64,000 nt of DNA from positions 223,557 to 287,556 of the forward strand of contig MFAS01000001.1 in NCBI GenBank assembly GCA_001774685.1, read 5' to 3'. Below are positions 1-7,964 of the stretch, in pieces. The notes below the pieces were generated by a model. That model searched no databases, had not been told where the DNA came from, and saw nothing but the letters and a program-made list of their open reading frames with translations. This DNA comes from Candidatus Collierbacteria bacterium RIFOXYD2_FULL_45_13 (GTDB taxonomy: Bacteria; Patescibacteriota; Microgenomatia; UBA1400; MFAQ01). The translations under genes and the position numbers were made by a program. Position 1 is the stretch's first letter; the number at the start of each line of letters is the position of its first letter.

Positions 1-70
1 GCCTGAAAAACTTTCCAAAAAGCCCCCTCTTGAAAAAGAAGGCCCGCAAAGATTAGTGCCGCGAATAAGC

Positions 71-1168
71 TTAGATTTTTGACCCACTGTCGCGGCCTGA
101 CCTCTTTGAAAAGCGCCAAGAGTATTGCCATAGCATGAAACCTAACATTAATATTACCAATCCTATCATGATGGCCAGTTTACTTCTAGCCTCAACCTTT
201 ACTGCCGTCAGTCCCAGAACAGCCGTAATCGTCCAGTAGAACAAGGCTACCCGCCTTTTCCCCCAGCCCATTTGCAATAGCTTATGGTGCAGATGACCTT
301 TGTCTCCCCACACTGGTGATTTCCCCGACAATATCCTTTTTAATACGATGTATATAAAATCGACCAAAGGCACACCCAAAACGACCAGCACTGTTCCAAC
401 TTTTGCTGTGGCCAAGATGGAGATCACCCCTAGAAGCAATCCGGCAAGAGTTGTAGCCGAATAACCAGGCATAATCCTTTGTGGATAGAAATGGAAAATG
501 GTTAAACCGGCAAAGGCTCCCGAAAGAGCAAACGCAAGGGTTGCTACTGGCCATTGGGTGATATCTGCACTAAAGTTCAAAGAAATCAGCCCCAGAGCAA
601 TCGCCGCTATCGTTACGACCCCGGTAATTTGACCATCGACACCGGAAGACCAATTAATGGCATTCATCAGTACGGGAATCCACAGTAATGCAAACAAATC
701 GGCCAAGATCCAAATTTCATGATGTTTTCCCCAAAGCTCAAATCCCCAGCGCCATTGAGAAAGGTCTATTACTCCCCCAAAGGGATTTGACACATAAGCA
801 ATCCCTATTCCTGACGCCACAATTATTCCAACTGCCAAAAAGTTTACTCCCAGTCTTAGGTATGGGTTGAGTCCTTTGATGTCATCGATCAGCCCCGTGA
901 TCAAAACCAATAAAGAGGCCCCCCCAATAGCAATCAAATGTTTGTCCCATTTTAAAAATATTGCCAAAGTTAAAAACACTGCTACAAATACCGGGAGACC
1001 TCCGCCTTTGGGAACCGGTTCTTTGTGAATATGTGCCGGATGTGGTGTTTTTTTCGGGTCTATCATCCATCCCCTTTTGGAAAACAATATTACTGTCAGG
1101 GGGGTAATTACTAAACTAATGAGAAAGGTGATCACGAAAGGAAAGACGGTGATGGTCGGGTTTATCAT
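71..1168 (-). CDS. Polyprenyl-phosphate N-acetylhexosamine-1-phosphate transferase, MraY/WecA (GT4/PNPT) family
   Basis: About 10 predicted TM helices. Family motifs present: LIDDIKG, NAINWSSGVDGQ (NxxNxxDGxDG), and the C-terminal GHLHHKLLQMGW box. It sits next to a glycosyltransferase rather than in a dcw cluster, so a WecA/TagO-like role is as likely as MraY. Confidence 0.75.
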   Translation of the reverse strand: MINPTITVFPFVITFLISLVITPLTVILFSKRGWMIDPKKTPHPAHIHKEPVPKGGGLPVFVAVFLTLAIFLKWDKHLIAIGGASLLVLITGLIDDIKGLNPYLRLGVNFLAVGIIVASGIGIAYVSNPFGGVIDLSQWRWGFELWGKHHEIWILADLFALLWIPVLMNAINWSSGVDGQITGVVTIAAIALGLISLNFSADITQWPVATLAFALSGAFAGLTIFHFYPQRIMPGYSATTLAGLLLGVISILATAKVGTVLVVLGVPLVDFIYIVLKRILSGKSPVWGDKGHLHHKLLQMGWGKRRVALFYWTITAVLGLTAVKVEARSKLAIMIGLVILMLGFMLWQYSWRFSKRSGRDSGSKI

Positions 1169-1500
1169 AGAGCGAATATTTGTATCACTCTAAAAAAGCT
1201 TGCGGCCAGCAAGCCAACCGCCAGCAAGGAACCCGCCATTAGTGTCGTTTCCACAGGGACATCTCCTTTACTTGCCCATGAGGCAAAAACTCTTGTAATA
1301 CCAACGACCGCTCCCAAACCGAGCAATATTCCCGCCAATACGAACTTGCTTATCAATTGATGTTCACCTCCGGGAAGAGAGTAAAACCAAGGCAAATGTG
1401 GCGGCAAGATTTTCCAAAACAATGCAAAAACGGCACCCATTACCAACACTGTTCCCCATGAGACAATCAAAATTTGTTGTGCCGCTTTATTTGTTGTCAT
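1165..1500 (-). CDS. Small integral membrane protein (hypothetical)
   Basis: 111 aa with 3-4 hydrophobic helices. Its stop overlaps the start of the downstream gene on the same strand. Confidence 0.4.
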   Translation of the reverse strand: MTTNKAAQQILIVSWGTVLVMGAVFALFWKILPPHLPWFYSLPGGEHQLISKFVLAGILLGLGAVVGITRVFASWASKGDVPVETTLMAGSLLAVGLLAASFFRVIQIFAL

Positions 1501-1501
1501 A

Positions 1502-3007
1502 TTACGCTTTTTTCTCGGTAACTCGATATTCCAAATATCTTCCCATCATCAATCTTGTATGTGCGTCAAGTCCTGGAAGTGCCGAAAAGAAAAAACCCAC
1601 GACAGGCAAAAGAATAAATTCAAAAGGGGCCGAGAATTTCCTCCAGAAAGAGAGCCCCGCCACCTTTGGTCTCGCTTTAAGATCAACCAGCACCATGGCA
1701 GCCAAACTAATCAAGGACAAGGTTAATATGGCCGACGAAACTTGGGGTAAAGTTCTTCCTATCACCGTTCTGGAAAAAGTTGGGTTTAGTAGTGGAGGCA
1801 TATTTGCCCCGACCGTAATAATGAACCAGTTCACAGGCCACATAAAGTGGTCTTCGATTACTTTAAAAACCCGAATTGTTTTGTCCCAGAAAGGCGCCTC
1901 GTCGTCCAAGATGTACTCTTTGATAATATAAGCATCATCACTTGCCCCCCACGCCCACCGTTTTACTTGTTCATAGGTGTTGGTGTAGGTACTCCAAAAA
2001 CCATTAGCCTCTGCCGCATCGGCAGAAACAGAAATAAATATCGGTTCAACCTCGACTTCGCCCTTGGTGGCAAAATATGTCTTGAAAAATATACGGTAAT
2101 CTTCCGGAATCACGTCGGTATCCCAGTAATTTATTTCGTCCATCAGCTTCAAACTCAGAGTATAAGTGGAAAAATTTATCAACCGATCCGGACGGGAAAG
2201 TTGAGCCATATTTATCACGCTGCTCATCCGGTTAAAAACTCTCATGGGCCATGGAATCCTTTCGATGTTATTGTAAAAAACAATTGCTCCCTGCCAAATC
2301 TTTCTATATCTATTGGGATCATCCAGAAACATATAAGTTATCGCTGCCAAATGATTGGGGTGGAGTGCCACGTCACAGTCCACGGACGAGACCGTCATCT
2401 TGTCTATATTCCAGTCTGCGTGTTTACTCAACTTCTTCTTGAACTCCTTACCTGCCCACGAGGCGTTGCTGGATTTTCCCACTACTTCTCCCGTCAAGTT
2501 AGCCGGATGATAAGTAAAAAAGAGACCTGCAAATTTAGCCTCGAACTCCTTTCTTATCACTGACTCTCTCTGTTCGTTTATCTCTTTACCGGCTCTCTCT
2601 TCCATCGCTACTACGGGGATTATTTGTTTAGGTCCAACAGTTTGTTTTTCTAAAGCCTCGAGGGTTCTCACCAATATCTCCACCGGCTCTTTGTAGGTCG
2701 GCAGTACAATTACATGTCTAACCTCTTTCCAGTCGGCGAAGCCGGCTACATCACCCATCCAGTCGTATTTCTCCCACGCTTTTATCCTGTAATAGGACAT
2801 TACCCCGGCCCACGCCAAAGTTGTCGACCTGTAAAGCCAGTAAACGTTAAAAGCGACAATAAAATATGCCACTCCAATTGGCCAAAAAATAGATCCCCAA
2901 ACCGGAAACAAGATAAAAGTCCAGCTTGTAAAACCAGGTAAAATCTCCAGAGCTCTCTGGCTGGCACGAGGGTACTTTTTGATCAGTTTTCTAAGGAATA
3001 CAAACAT
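1502..3007 (-). CDS. Membrane-anchored family-2-like glycosyltransferase
   Basis: N-terminal TM helices, then VIVLPTYKEPVEILVRTLEALEKQ (a GT-A N-terminal signature), then D-x-D-like motifs (DCDVAL), then C-terminal TM helices. Confidence 0.6.
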   Translation of the reverse strand: MFVFLRKLIKKYPRASQRALEILPGFTSWTFILFPVWGSIFWPIGVAYFIVAFNVYWLYRSTTLAWAGVMSYYRIKAWEKYDWMGDVAGFADWKEVRHVIVLPTYKEPVEILVRTLEALEKQTVGPKQIIPVVAMEERAGKEINEQRESVIRKEFEAKFAGLFFTYHPANLTGEVVGKSSNASWAGKEFKKKLSKHADWNIDKMTVSSVDCDVALHPNHLAAITYMFLDDPNRYRKIWQGAIVFYNNIERIPWPMRVFNRMSSVINMAQLSRPDRLINFSTYTLSLKLMDEINYWDTDVIPEDYRIFFKTYFATKGEVEVEPIFISVSADAAEANGFWSTYTNTYEQVKRWAWGASDDAYIIKEYILDDEAPFWDKTIRVFKVIEDHFMWPVNWFIITVGANMPPLLNPTFSRTVIGRTLPQVSSAILTLSLISLAAMVLVDLKARPKVAGLSFWRKFSAPFEFILLPVVGFFFSALPGLDAHTRLMMGRYLEYRVTEKKA

Positions 3008-3756
3008 TTTGTGTTTTGGCTCGTGATTTCTGCCAGTTCCGAAAAGTCCATTGCCAGTTCGGAAGCTACGAACTCAGCTATTATTTTAACATTTGCAGGA
3101 GTGTTCACCGTTCCTCTCAGTGGTTCCGGAGGCAAATATGGGCTATCGGTCTCCAATAGTAATCGGTTTGGTGGCACATTCTTCAACAGTTCCCTCAGAT
3201 TTCCCGCCGACTTGTAAGTGATATTCCCTCCAAAACTTACATAGAACCCCAAAGAAAGTATCATTTCCAGGAACTCGGAACTGCCGGCAAAGCAATGAAA
3301 CTGCCCCCGGGGAAGCTTCTTCATTCCAAGGATCTCACTCCTCATTTCCTCCTCCGATCCCCTCATGTGTATCGCCACCGGCAGACTCAGCTCGACCGCC
3401 AAAGCCATCTGTCTCCTGAAGAGGTCCACCTGTTTTTCCTCTGTCTTCTTTTCCTTATCCCAATAATAATCCAGCCCTATCTCGCCGATCCCCACCACCG
3501 TCTTTGAGCCGAATTGCTTTTTCATTTCGTTCATTTCCTCGTCAACACCCACGATCTTTTCTGCATTTTCCGGGTGGATCCCCAGTAAACAATACTGGTT
3601 CTCCCTTTCGGCGATCTCTATCGCTCTTTTGGCATCGGCTACGTCAGTCGAGGGCATGATCACTTTTTCGACCCCTAGCCCCCCGGCCTTCCTCAGTACT
3701 TCTCCAATATCGGCGAAGCGTTCATCGGTCAAATGACAGTGTGTATCTATCAGCAT
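2983..3756 (-). CDS. tatD: TatD-family metal-dependent hydrolase/DNase
   Basis: N-terminal MLIDTHCHL signature. Length of 257 aa fits the family. A conserved His/Asp/Glu pattern (HMRGSEEE..., LETDSPY) is present. Confidence 0.8.
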   Translation of the reverse strand: MLIDTHCHLTDERFADIGEVLRKAGGLGVEKVIMPSTDVADAKRAIEIAERENQYCLLGIHPENAEKIVGVDEEMNEMKKQFGSKTVVGIGEIGLDYYWDKEKKTEEKQVDLFRRQMALAVELSLPVAIHMRGSEEEMRSEILGMKKLPRGQFHCFAGSSEFLEMILSLGFYVSFGGNITYKSAGNLRELLKNVPPNRLLLETDSPYLPPEPLRGTVNTPANVKIIAEFVASELAMDFSELAEITSQNTKCLYSLEN

Positions 3757-5171
3757 TATTTTTCTATTCTCTGAAATAAATTTTCTCCCCGTTTTATTAC
3801 CTCACCGCCAAACTGTGCGATCAGCTTATCCGCCGTTTCTGGCATAAAAGGAGTCAGATCGGCTGCGATCTGCCGGATAATTCTGACAAGATCAGCCAAA
3901 ACAAATTCCTGCTCCTCACCGGTCAACTTCCACACTTCTCTTTGATTAATTAAAGTGTCTGCCGTCTTTATGTCTTCCCAAACAAACCGAACAGCCTCGT
4001 CAAATCGGAAATTAGTCAATTTGTTTACCACAGCTTCACGAATACCCAGTCTTTGCTCCGGAACTTTTAGGCCGATTTTCTCAGCCATCGTTGCCACCCT
4101 AGCAGCCAGATTTCCGATTCCATTGGCAAGACTAGCCTGATATGCCTCTTCAAAACGTTCCATGGTTACATCGGAGTCTTCAAAAACACTCACTTCTCCA
4201 AGCAAAAAGTATCTCAAGGCATCAGCCCCATATTTTTCTGCCCACTCGATCGGATCGATGGTATTCCCCAAACTCTTACTGATCTTTTGTCCGTTAGCAG
4301 TCAGGAACCCTCCGACGAAAATTTGCTTCGATGCCGGTAGGCCGGCAGACATCAGCATCGTCTGCCACATGGCGGTCTGCTGTCTCAAGTTATCCTTCCC
4401 GCATACCTGGATCCCCGGCCAAAATTCACTGAACTTTTTCGTATCATCGGGCCACCCGAGGCATGATATATAGTTGATCAGAGCGTCAAACCAGACGTAG
4501 ATCACCTGTGTCGGATCTCCCGGTACTTCTACCCCCCAAGGCATCTTGGTCTTGAGTCTTGAGATGCTAAAGTCGGCGAGGCCCGACTTCACAAACACTT
4601 TCATTTCGTTCTGTCGGAAGTCGGGGATCACAAAATCGGGCTTCGCTTCGTACAGGTCCAGTAGTTTTTGTTGGTAACTCGAAAACTTAAAAAAATAATT
4701 TTCTTCTTCGATATTTTCCAACTCCTGATTGGGATGCACGGGGCATTTACCATCCAACAGCTCGGAGTCGGTTTTTTCCAGCTCACAACCAACACAGTAT
4801 TTGATTTTGTAATTCTTTTTGTAAATATCTCCCCTTGAAGCGCACAGTTTCCAAAACTCCTGTGCCGCCCTGATATGATGCTCGTCGGTCGTCCGGATAA
4901 AGTTGTCGTAAGACAGGTTCAGGGCAGATTTCAATTTTTCAAACTTGGCTGCGTACTCGTCGCAGTATTTTTTCGGATCTTTTCCTTCCTCCAGGGCTTT
5001 TTGGTATATTTTCTGTCCGTGTTCGTCCGTGCCGGTATTAAAGAAGACCTCATCTCCAATGGCCCGGTGGGCTCGAGCGAGCACATCCGCGCGGATGATC
5101 TCCATCGCAAAGCCAATATGCGGATCCGCATTAACATAGGGTAATGTGGTCGTAATATAGAACTTTCTCAT
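3756..5171 (-). CDS. metG: Methionyl-tRNA synthetase (short form)
   Basis: HIGH motif (PHIGFAME), KMSKS motif (KISKSLGN), and the MetRS connective-peptide Cys cluster (CVGC...C..H). Confidence 0.9.
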   Translation of the reverse strand: MRKFYITTTLPYVNADPHIGFAMEIIRADVLARAHRAIGDEVFFNTGTDEHGQKIYQKALEEGKDPKKYCDEYAAKFEKLKSALNLSYDNFIRTTDEHHIRAAQEFWKLCASRGDIYKKNYKIKYCVGCELEKTDSELLDGKCPVHPNQELENIEEENYFFKFSSYQQKLLDLYEAKPDFVIPDFRQNEMKVFVKSGLADFSISRLKTKMPWGVEVPGDPTQVIYVWFDALINYISCLGWPDDTKKFSEFWPGIQVCGKDNLRQQTAMWQTMLMSAGLPASKQIFVGGFLTANGQKISKSLGNTIDPIEWAEKYGADALRYFLLGEVSVFEDSDVTMERFEEAYQASLANGIGNLAARVATMAEKIGLKVPEQRLGIREAVVNKLTNFRFDEAVRFVWEDIKTADTLINQREVWKLTGEEQEFVLADLVRIIRQIAADLTPFMPETADKLIAQFGGEVIKRGENLFQRIEK

Positions 5172-5208
5172 GCCTTAATTTTATATCAAGCCGATAATAA
5201 GTGTAAGC

Positions 5209-5571
5209 CTAACCAAATATCTTCTTTATCCCTCCGGTAATTCTATCCGTCCAATTGGACGCCCACTCCTCAGCCTTGATTCTTTTAATGATCTCTTGCC
5301 AGCCGGAATTTCCCAGATTCTCCGCCACGGTGGCGATCGTCGCCGAACTTACCTTAATGTTATTTTTAACATCTTCATAGTTTCGACCTTTATCTAGGTA
5401 TAGTGCAATCCCCAGTCTTTTCAGAACAGCCAACCTCTCTCCCTCTGTCAGCACATCGCCCAAGACTGTTCTTAAGTCTTCCGGAGAATTAATGTCCGCT
5501 AGCGCTTGATAAAACAGATTGTCCAGTTGTTTCTCCAGTGTTTTGTTAATGGGGTTTTGTGAAAGTTGCAT
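5209..5571 (-). CDS. TrpR/YerC-YecD family small DNA-binding protein
   Basis: 120 aa. The helix-turn-helix region (EGERLAVLKRLGIALYL...VSSATIATVAENL) resembles Trp-repressor-related YerC/YecD proteins. Confidence 0.5.
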   Translation of the reverse strand: MQLSQNPINKTLEKQLDNLFYQALADINSPEDLRTVLGDVLTEGERLAVLKRLGIALYLDKGRNYEDVKNNIKVSSATIATVAENLGNSGWQEIIKRIKAEEWASNWTDRITGGIKKIFG

Positions 5572-5650
5572 ATTCTGTCCAAATAATAACTTTAATTGAT
5601 TAAATCATACACCTGTCGTCTTATCCTTCTCTATCTTAAGCTCTTGATGT

Positions 5651-6028
5651 CTAGTGTCCTGCCTGCCGGAAGGCATGGTCTTGAGCTCTTGATTTGTATG
5701 TATATATCTCCCAGGATACCAGCAATCCAAGAATCAAGATTCCGTTTAATATTGACCCCAAACCCAGAATTCGAAGTTCCAAAAATATCGTTATTCCAAC
5801 CGCCCACCTAAAGGCCGTGGAGGAAGACATTAATAGAATTGATAAGAGCCAAAATATTCCTCCCAACACCAAAAGAGTCATGGGCAAATAACTACCGGGA
5901 ATAATAAAATCCTTAATTGCTTCCGGATCGACTCTCCAAATAACCAAACCTATTGATATCCAGTTGATCAATGCAAAGAACACCAGCCACCCATATCTCT
6001 TCCTTTGTCTGAATTTGGTCGTTTCCAC
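5651..6028 (-). CDS. Integral membrane protein (hypothetical)
   Basis: 125 aa with four hydrophobic helices. No recognisable motif. Confidence 0.35.
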   Translation of the reverse strand: METTKFRQRKRYGWLVFFALINWISIGLVIWRVDPEAIKDFIIPGSYLPMTLLVLGGIFWLLSILLMSSSTAFRWAVGITIFLELRILGLGSILNGILILGLLVSWEIYTYKSRAQDHAFRQAGH

Positions 6029-6079
6029 AAACTAATTTAACCATAAAAAAGAGGAGCTTCCGCTCCTCTCTCGTCAAAA

Positions 6080-6283
6080 TTAGTCATCCATCTCAAACGG
6101 ATCCAGAAAGGCACACACAATGCCTACGACCAAACCGATTGCATAAATTAAGACCGCTACACCGATAGCCACCGCAATTGTGATTTCCGTGAAGGCAGTC
6201 AGGATCAGCAACACCGATCCAACGATCAGTGCCAAGATTACGCCGGCAATGTTGCCAAGCATGACATATAACAAACGGGACAT
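6080..6283 (-). CDS. Small membrane protein (hypothetical)
   Basis: 67 aa with two TM helices and an acidic C-terminus. Confidence 0.3.
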   Translation of the reverse strand: MSRLLYVMLGNIAGVILALIVGSVLLILTAFTEITIAVAIGVAVLIYAIGLVVGIVCAFLDPFEMDD

Positions 6284-6370
6284 TTTTCGCTCCTCGGGTC
6301 AGGTGTGTGAACGTACCCCCGTATTATACCTCTTCGTGTTTCCTACGCCCGATTGCGCTAAAATGAATCC

Positions 6371-7357
6371 ATGTCCTCCGACACTCTGATCATTATTGTT
6401 TTCCTTTTTGTCGGGCTGATCGTGGTCTATCTTCTTCTCAAGCAGAAGTTGGAGGTCCAAAAAACCGACCCCACTCTCAACGCCTGGCTCAAGTCTCTCC
6501 AGCAATCATTTGATACTACGAACCGGACCACCAATGCCTCCCTCCAGCAAAATTATCGTGAATTATTTTCCCGTCTGGATCAAGCCACTGCGGTTATCTC
6601 CGACCTCAAGAAAGAAGCCGGCGCCTTCGGCGAGGTCAGCCGCTCCATGAAAGATCTCCAGGACTATCTCAAGTCCCCCAAACTCCGGGGCAACATCGGC
6701 GAACAAGTTCTTACCGACCTCATTGCCCAGATGTTTCCCAAGAACAGCTTCCATCTTCAGTACCACTTCAAAACAGGCCAGATCGTGGACGCCGCCATCA
6801 AAACCCAAGCCGGCATACTCCCCATTGACAGCAAGTTCCCCATGGAAAATTTTCAGAAGATCTACTCCGCCGCCTCAGCAACAGACAAAGCTCAAGCCCG
6901 CTCCGCCTTCATCCGCGACGTCAAAAAACATATCAAGGATATCTCCGGTAAATATATTCTCCCGGAAGAAGGCACTCTGGACTTCGCCCTCATGTACATC
7001 CCTTCCGAAAGTATTTATTACGAAATAGTTAGCGAACAAGAACTTCTCGATCTCGCCCGTGAGTCCCGTGTCTATCCAGTTTCTCCCACTACCCTCTACG
7101 CCCATCTCCAAACCATTCTTCTCTCCCTCGAAGGCCAAAAAATCGCCGGCAAAACCTCCGAAGTTTTTACCCTACTCCGGGCCGTCCAGAAAGACTACGA
7201 AAAGCTCAACGAAAACTTTACCCTTCTGGGAAAACACTTAACGAACGCCTACAACTCCATGAACTCCACCGGCCAAAGCATCAATCAGATCGGCAGCAAG
7301 CTCGACTCCGCCCGCGATCTGAAAGCAAACCTCCTCCCCGAAGAAACAGTAAAATAA
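6371..7357 (+). CDS. rmuC: DNA recombination protein RmuC
   Basis: N-terminal TM helix followed by a long coiled coil. The conserved RmuC core GNIGEQVLTDLI...HLQYHF...LPIDSKFPMENF is present. Confidence 0.85.
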   Translation: MSSDTLIIIVFLFVGLIVVYLLLKQKLEVQKTDPTLNAWLKSLQQSFDTTNRTTNASLQQNYRELFSRLDQATAVISDLKKEAGAFGEVSRSMKDLQDYLKSPKLRGNIGEQVLTDLIAQMFPKNSFHLQYHFKTGQIVDAAIKTQAGILPIDSKFPMENFQKIYSAASATDKAQARSAFIRDVKKHIKDISGKYILPEEGTLDFALMYIPSESIYYEIVSEQELLDLARESRVYPVSPTTLYAHLQTILLSLEGQKIAGKTSEVFTLLRAVQKDYEKLNENFTLLGKHLTNAYNSMNSTGQSINQIGSKLDSARDLKANLLPEETVK

Positions 7358-7386
7358 AAAACCCGCCTTTCGGCGGGGATAAAACT
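7356..7386. terminator. Bidirectional intrinsic terminator between rmuC (+) and a small membrane gene (-)
   Basis: CCCGCC-TTTC-GGCGGG hairpin flanked by an A-run on one side and a T-run (read on the minus strand) on the other. Confidence 0.5.
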
Positions 7387-7394
7387 GCTTCTGG

Positions 7395-7622
7395 CTACAG
7401 GAAAAATACCACTACAACCAGAAGGATCAAGGCGATGACCAGCAGGCCCCAGGGCTCAAAAATGGTCACCAGAGTAATCAGGATCACCGCGGTAACCATC
7501 ATGGCGACAGTTAGGATCAGCCCCCGTTTCCAGCCATGAGACTTAACGTTCAACGCCGCCACGGCGGTCAACAGAATTCCAAGCGCCAGCAAAGCATACG
7601 TCATTTCCATCAGAACCTCCAT
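7395..7622 (-). CDS. Small membrane protein (hypothetical)
   Basis: 75 aa with two or three TM helices. Confidence 0.35.
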   Translation of the reverse strand: MEVLMEMTYALLALGILLTAVAALNVKSHGWKRGLILTVAMMVTAVILITLVTIFEPWGLLVIALILLVVVVFFL

Positions 7623-7703
7623 TTCAATTTACGGGCTAACCCTATAATACTATGAGATTTACTACATGTCAAGCCTCAAAACCAGTCTCTTTCCCGAATA
7701 ATT

Positions 7704-7964
7704 CTATTCTTCCTTCTTCCACTTACCCCGGATATCCGCCTCCAACTCCTCTTCGGTCATCGGCCTCGCCTCCGGGTGCCGTAGGTCATTATGTGCTTTT
7801 GCCTCCTCCTTCATTTCTTTCATCCCCTCCTCATCATTCTCGCCCGTAGCTACTATCTCTCTCTCACACACCCCACAATTTATTTTGTACCTCATCGGTC
7901 CATTATGTAAGAAAACTCTCTTTTGGTCAAATCCTTGAGATGTCTCAGGTTTCTTCGCTGTCAA
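7704..7964 (-). CDS. Hypothetical small protein, co-operonic with the helicase-nuclease
   Basis: 86 aa with a CGVCE motif and an acidic middle region. Its start overlaps the last 20 nt of the upstream helicase-nuclease gene. Confidence 0.3.
   Translation of the reverse strand: MTAKKPETSQGFDQKRVFLHNGPMRYKINCGVCEREIVATGENDEEGMKEMKEEAKAHNDLRHPEARPMTEEELEADIRGKWKKEE

Noticed and set aside
71-1168. Calling the first gene specifically mraY
   Set aside because: The motifs fit both MraY and WecA/TagO. The gene is not in a dcw (murF-mraY-murD) context, so I kept only the family-level call.
1398-2563. Plus-strand ORFs of 177 aa and 238 aa overlapping the minus-strand GT2 gene
   Set aside because: They lie entirely antisense to a gene with clear family motifs. 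They have no RBS and low-complexity translations. These are typical shadow ORFs.
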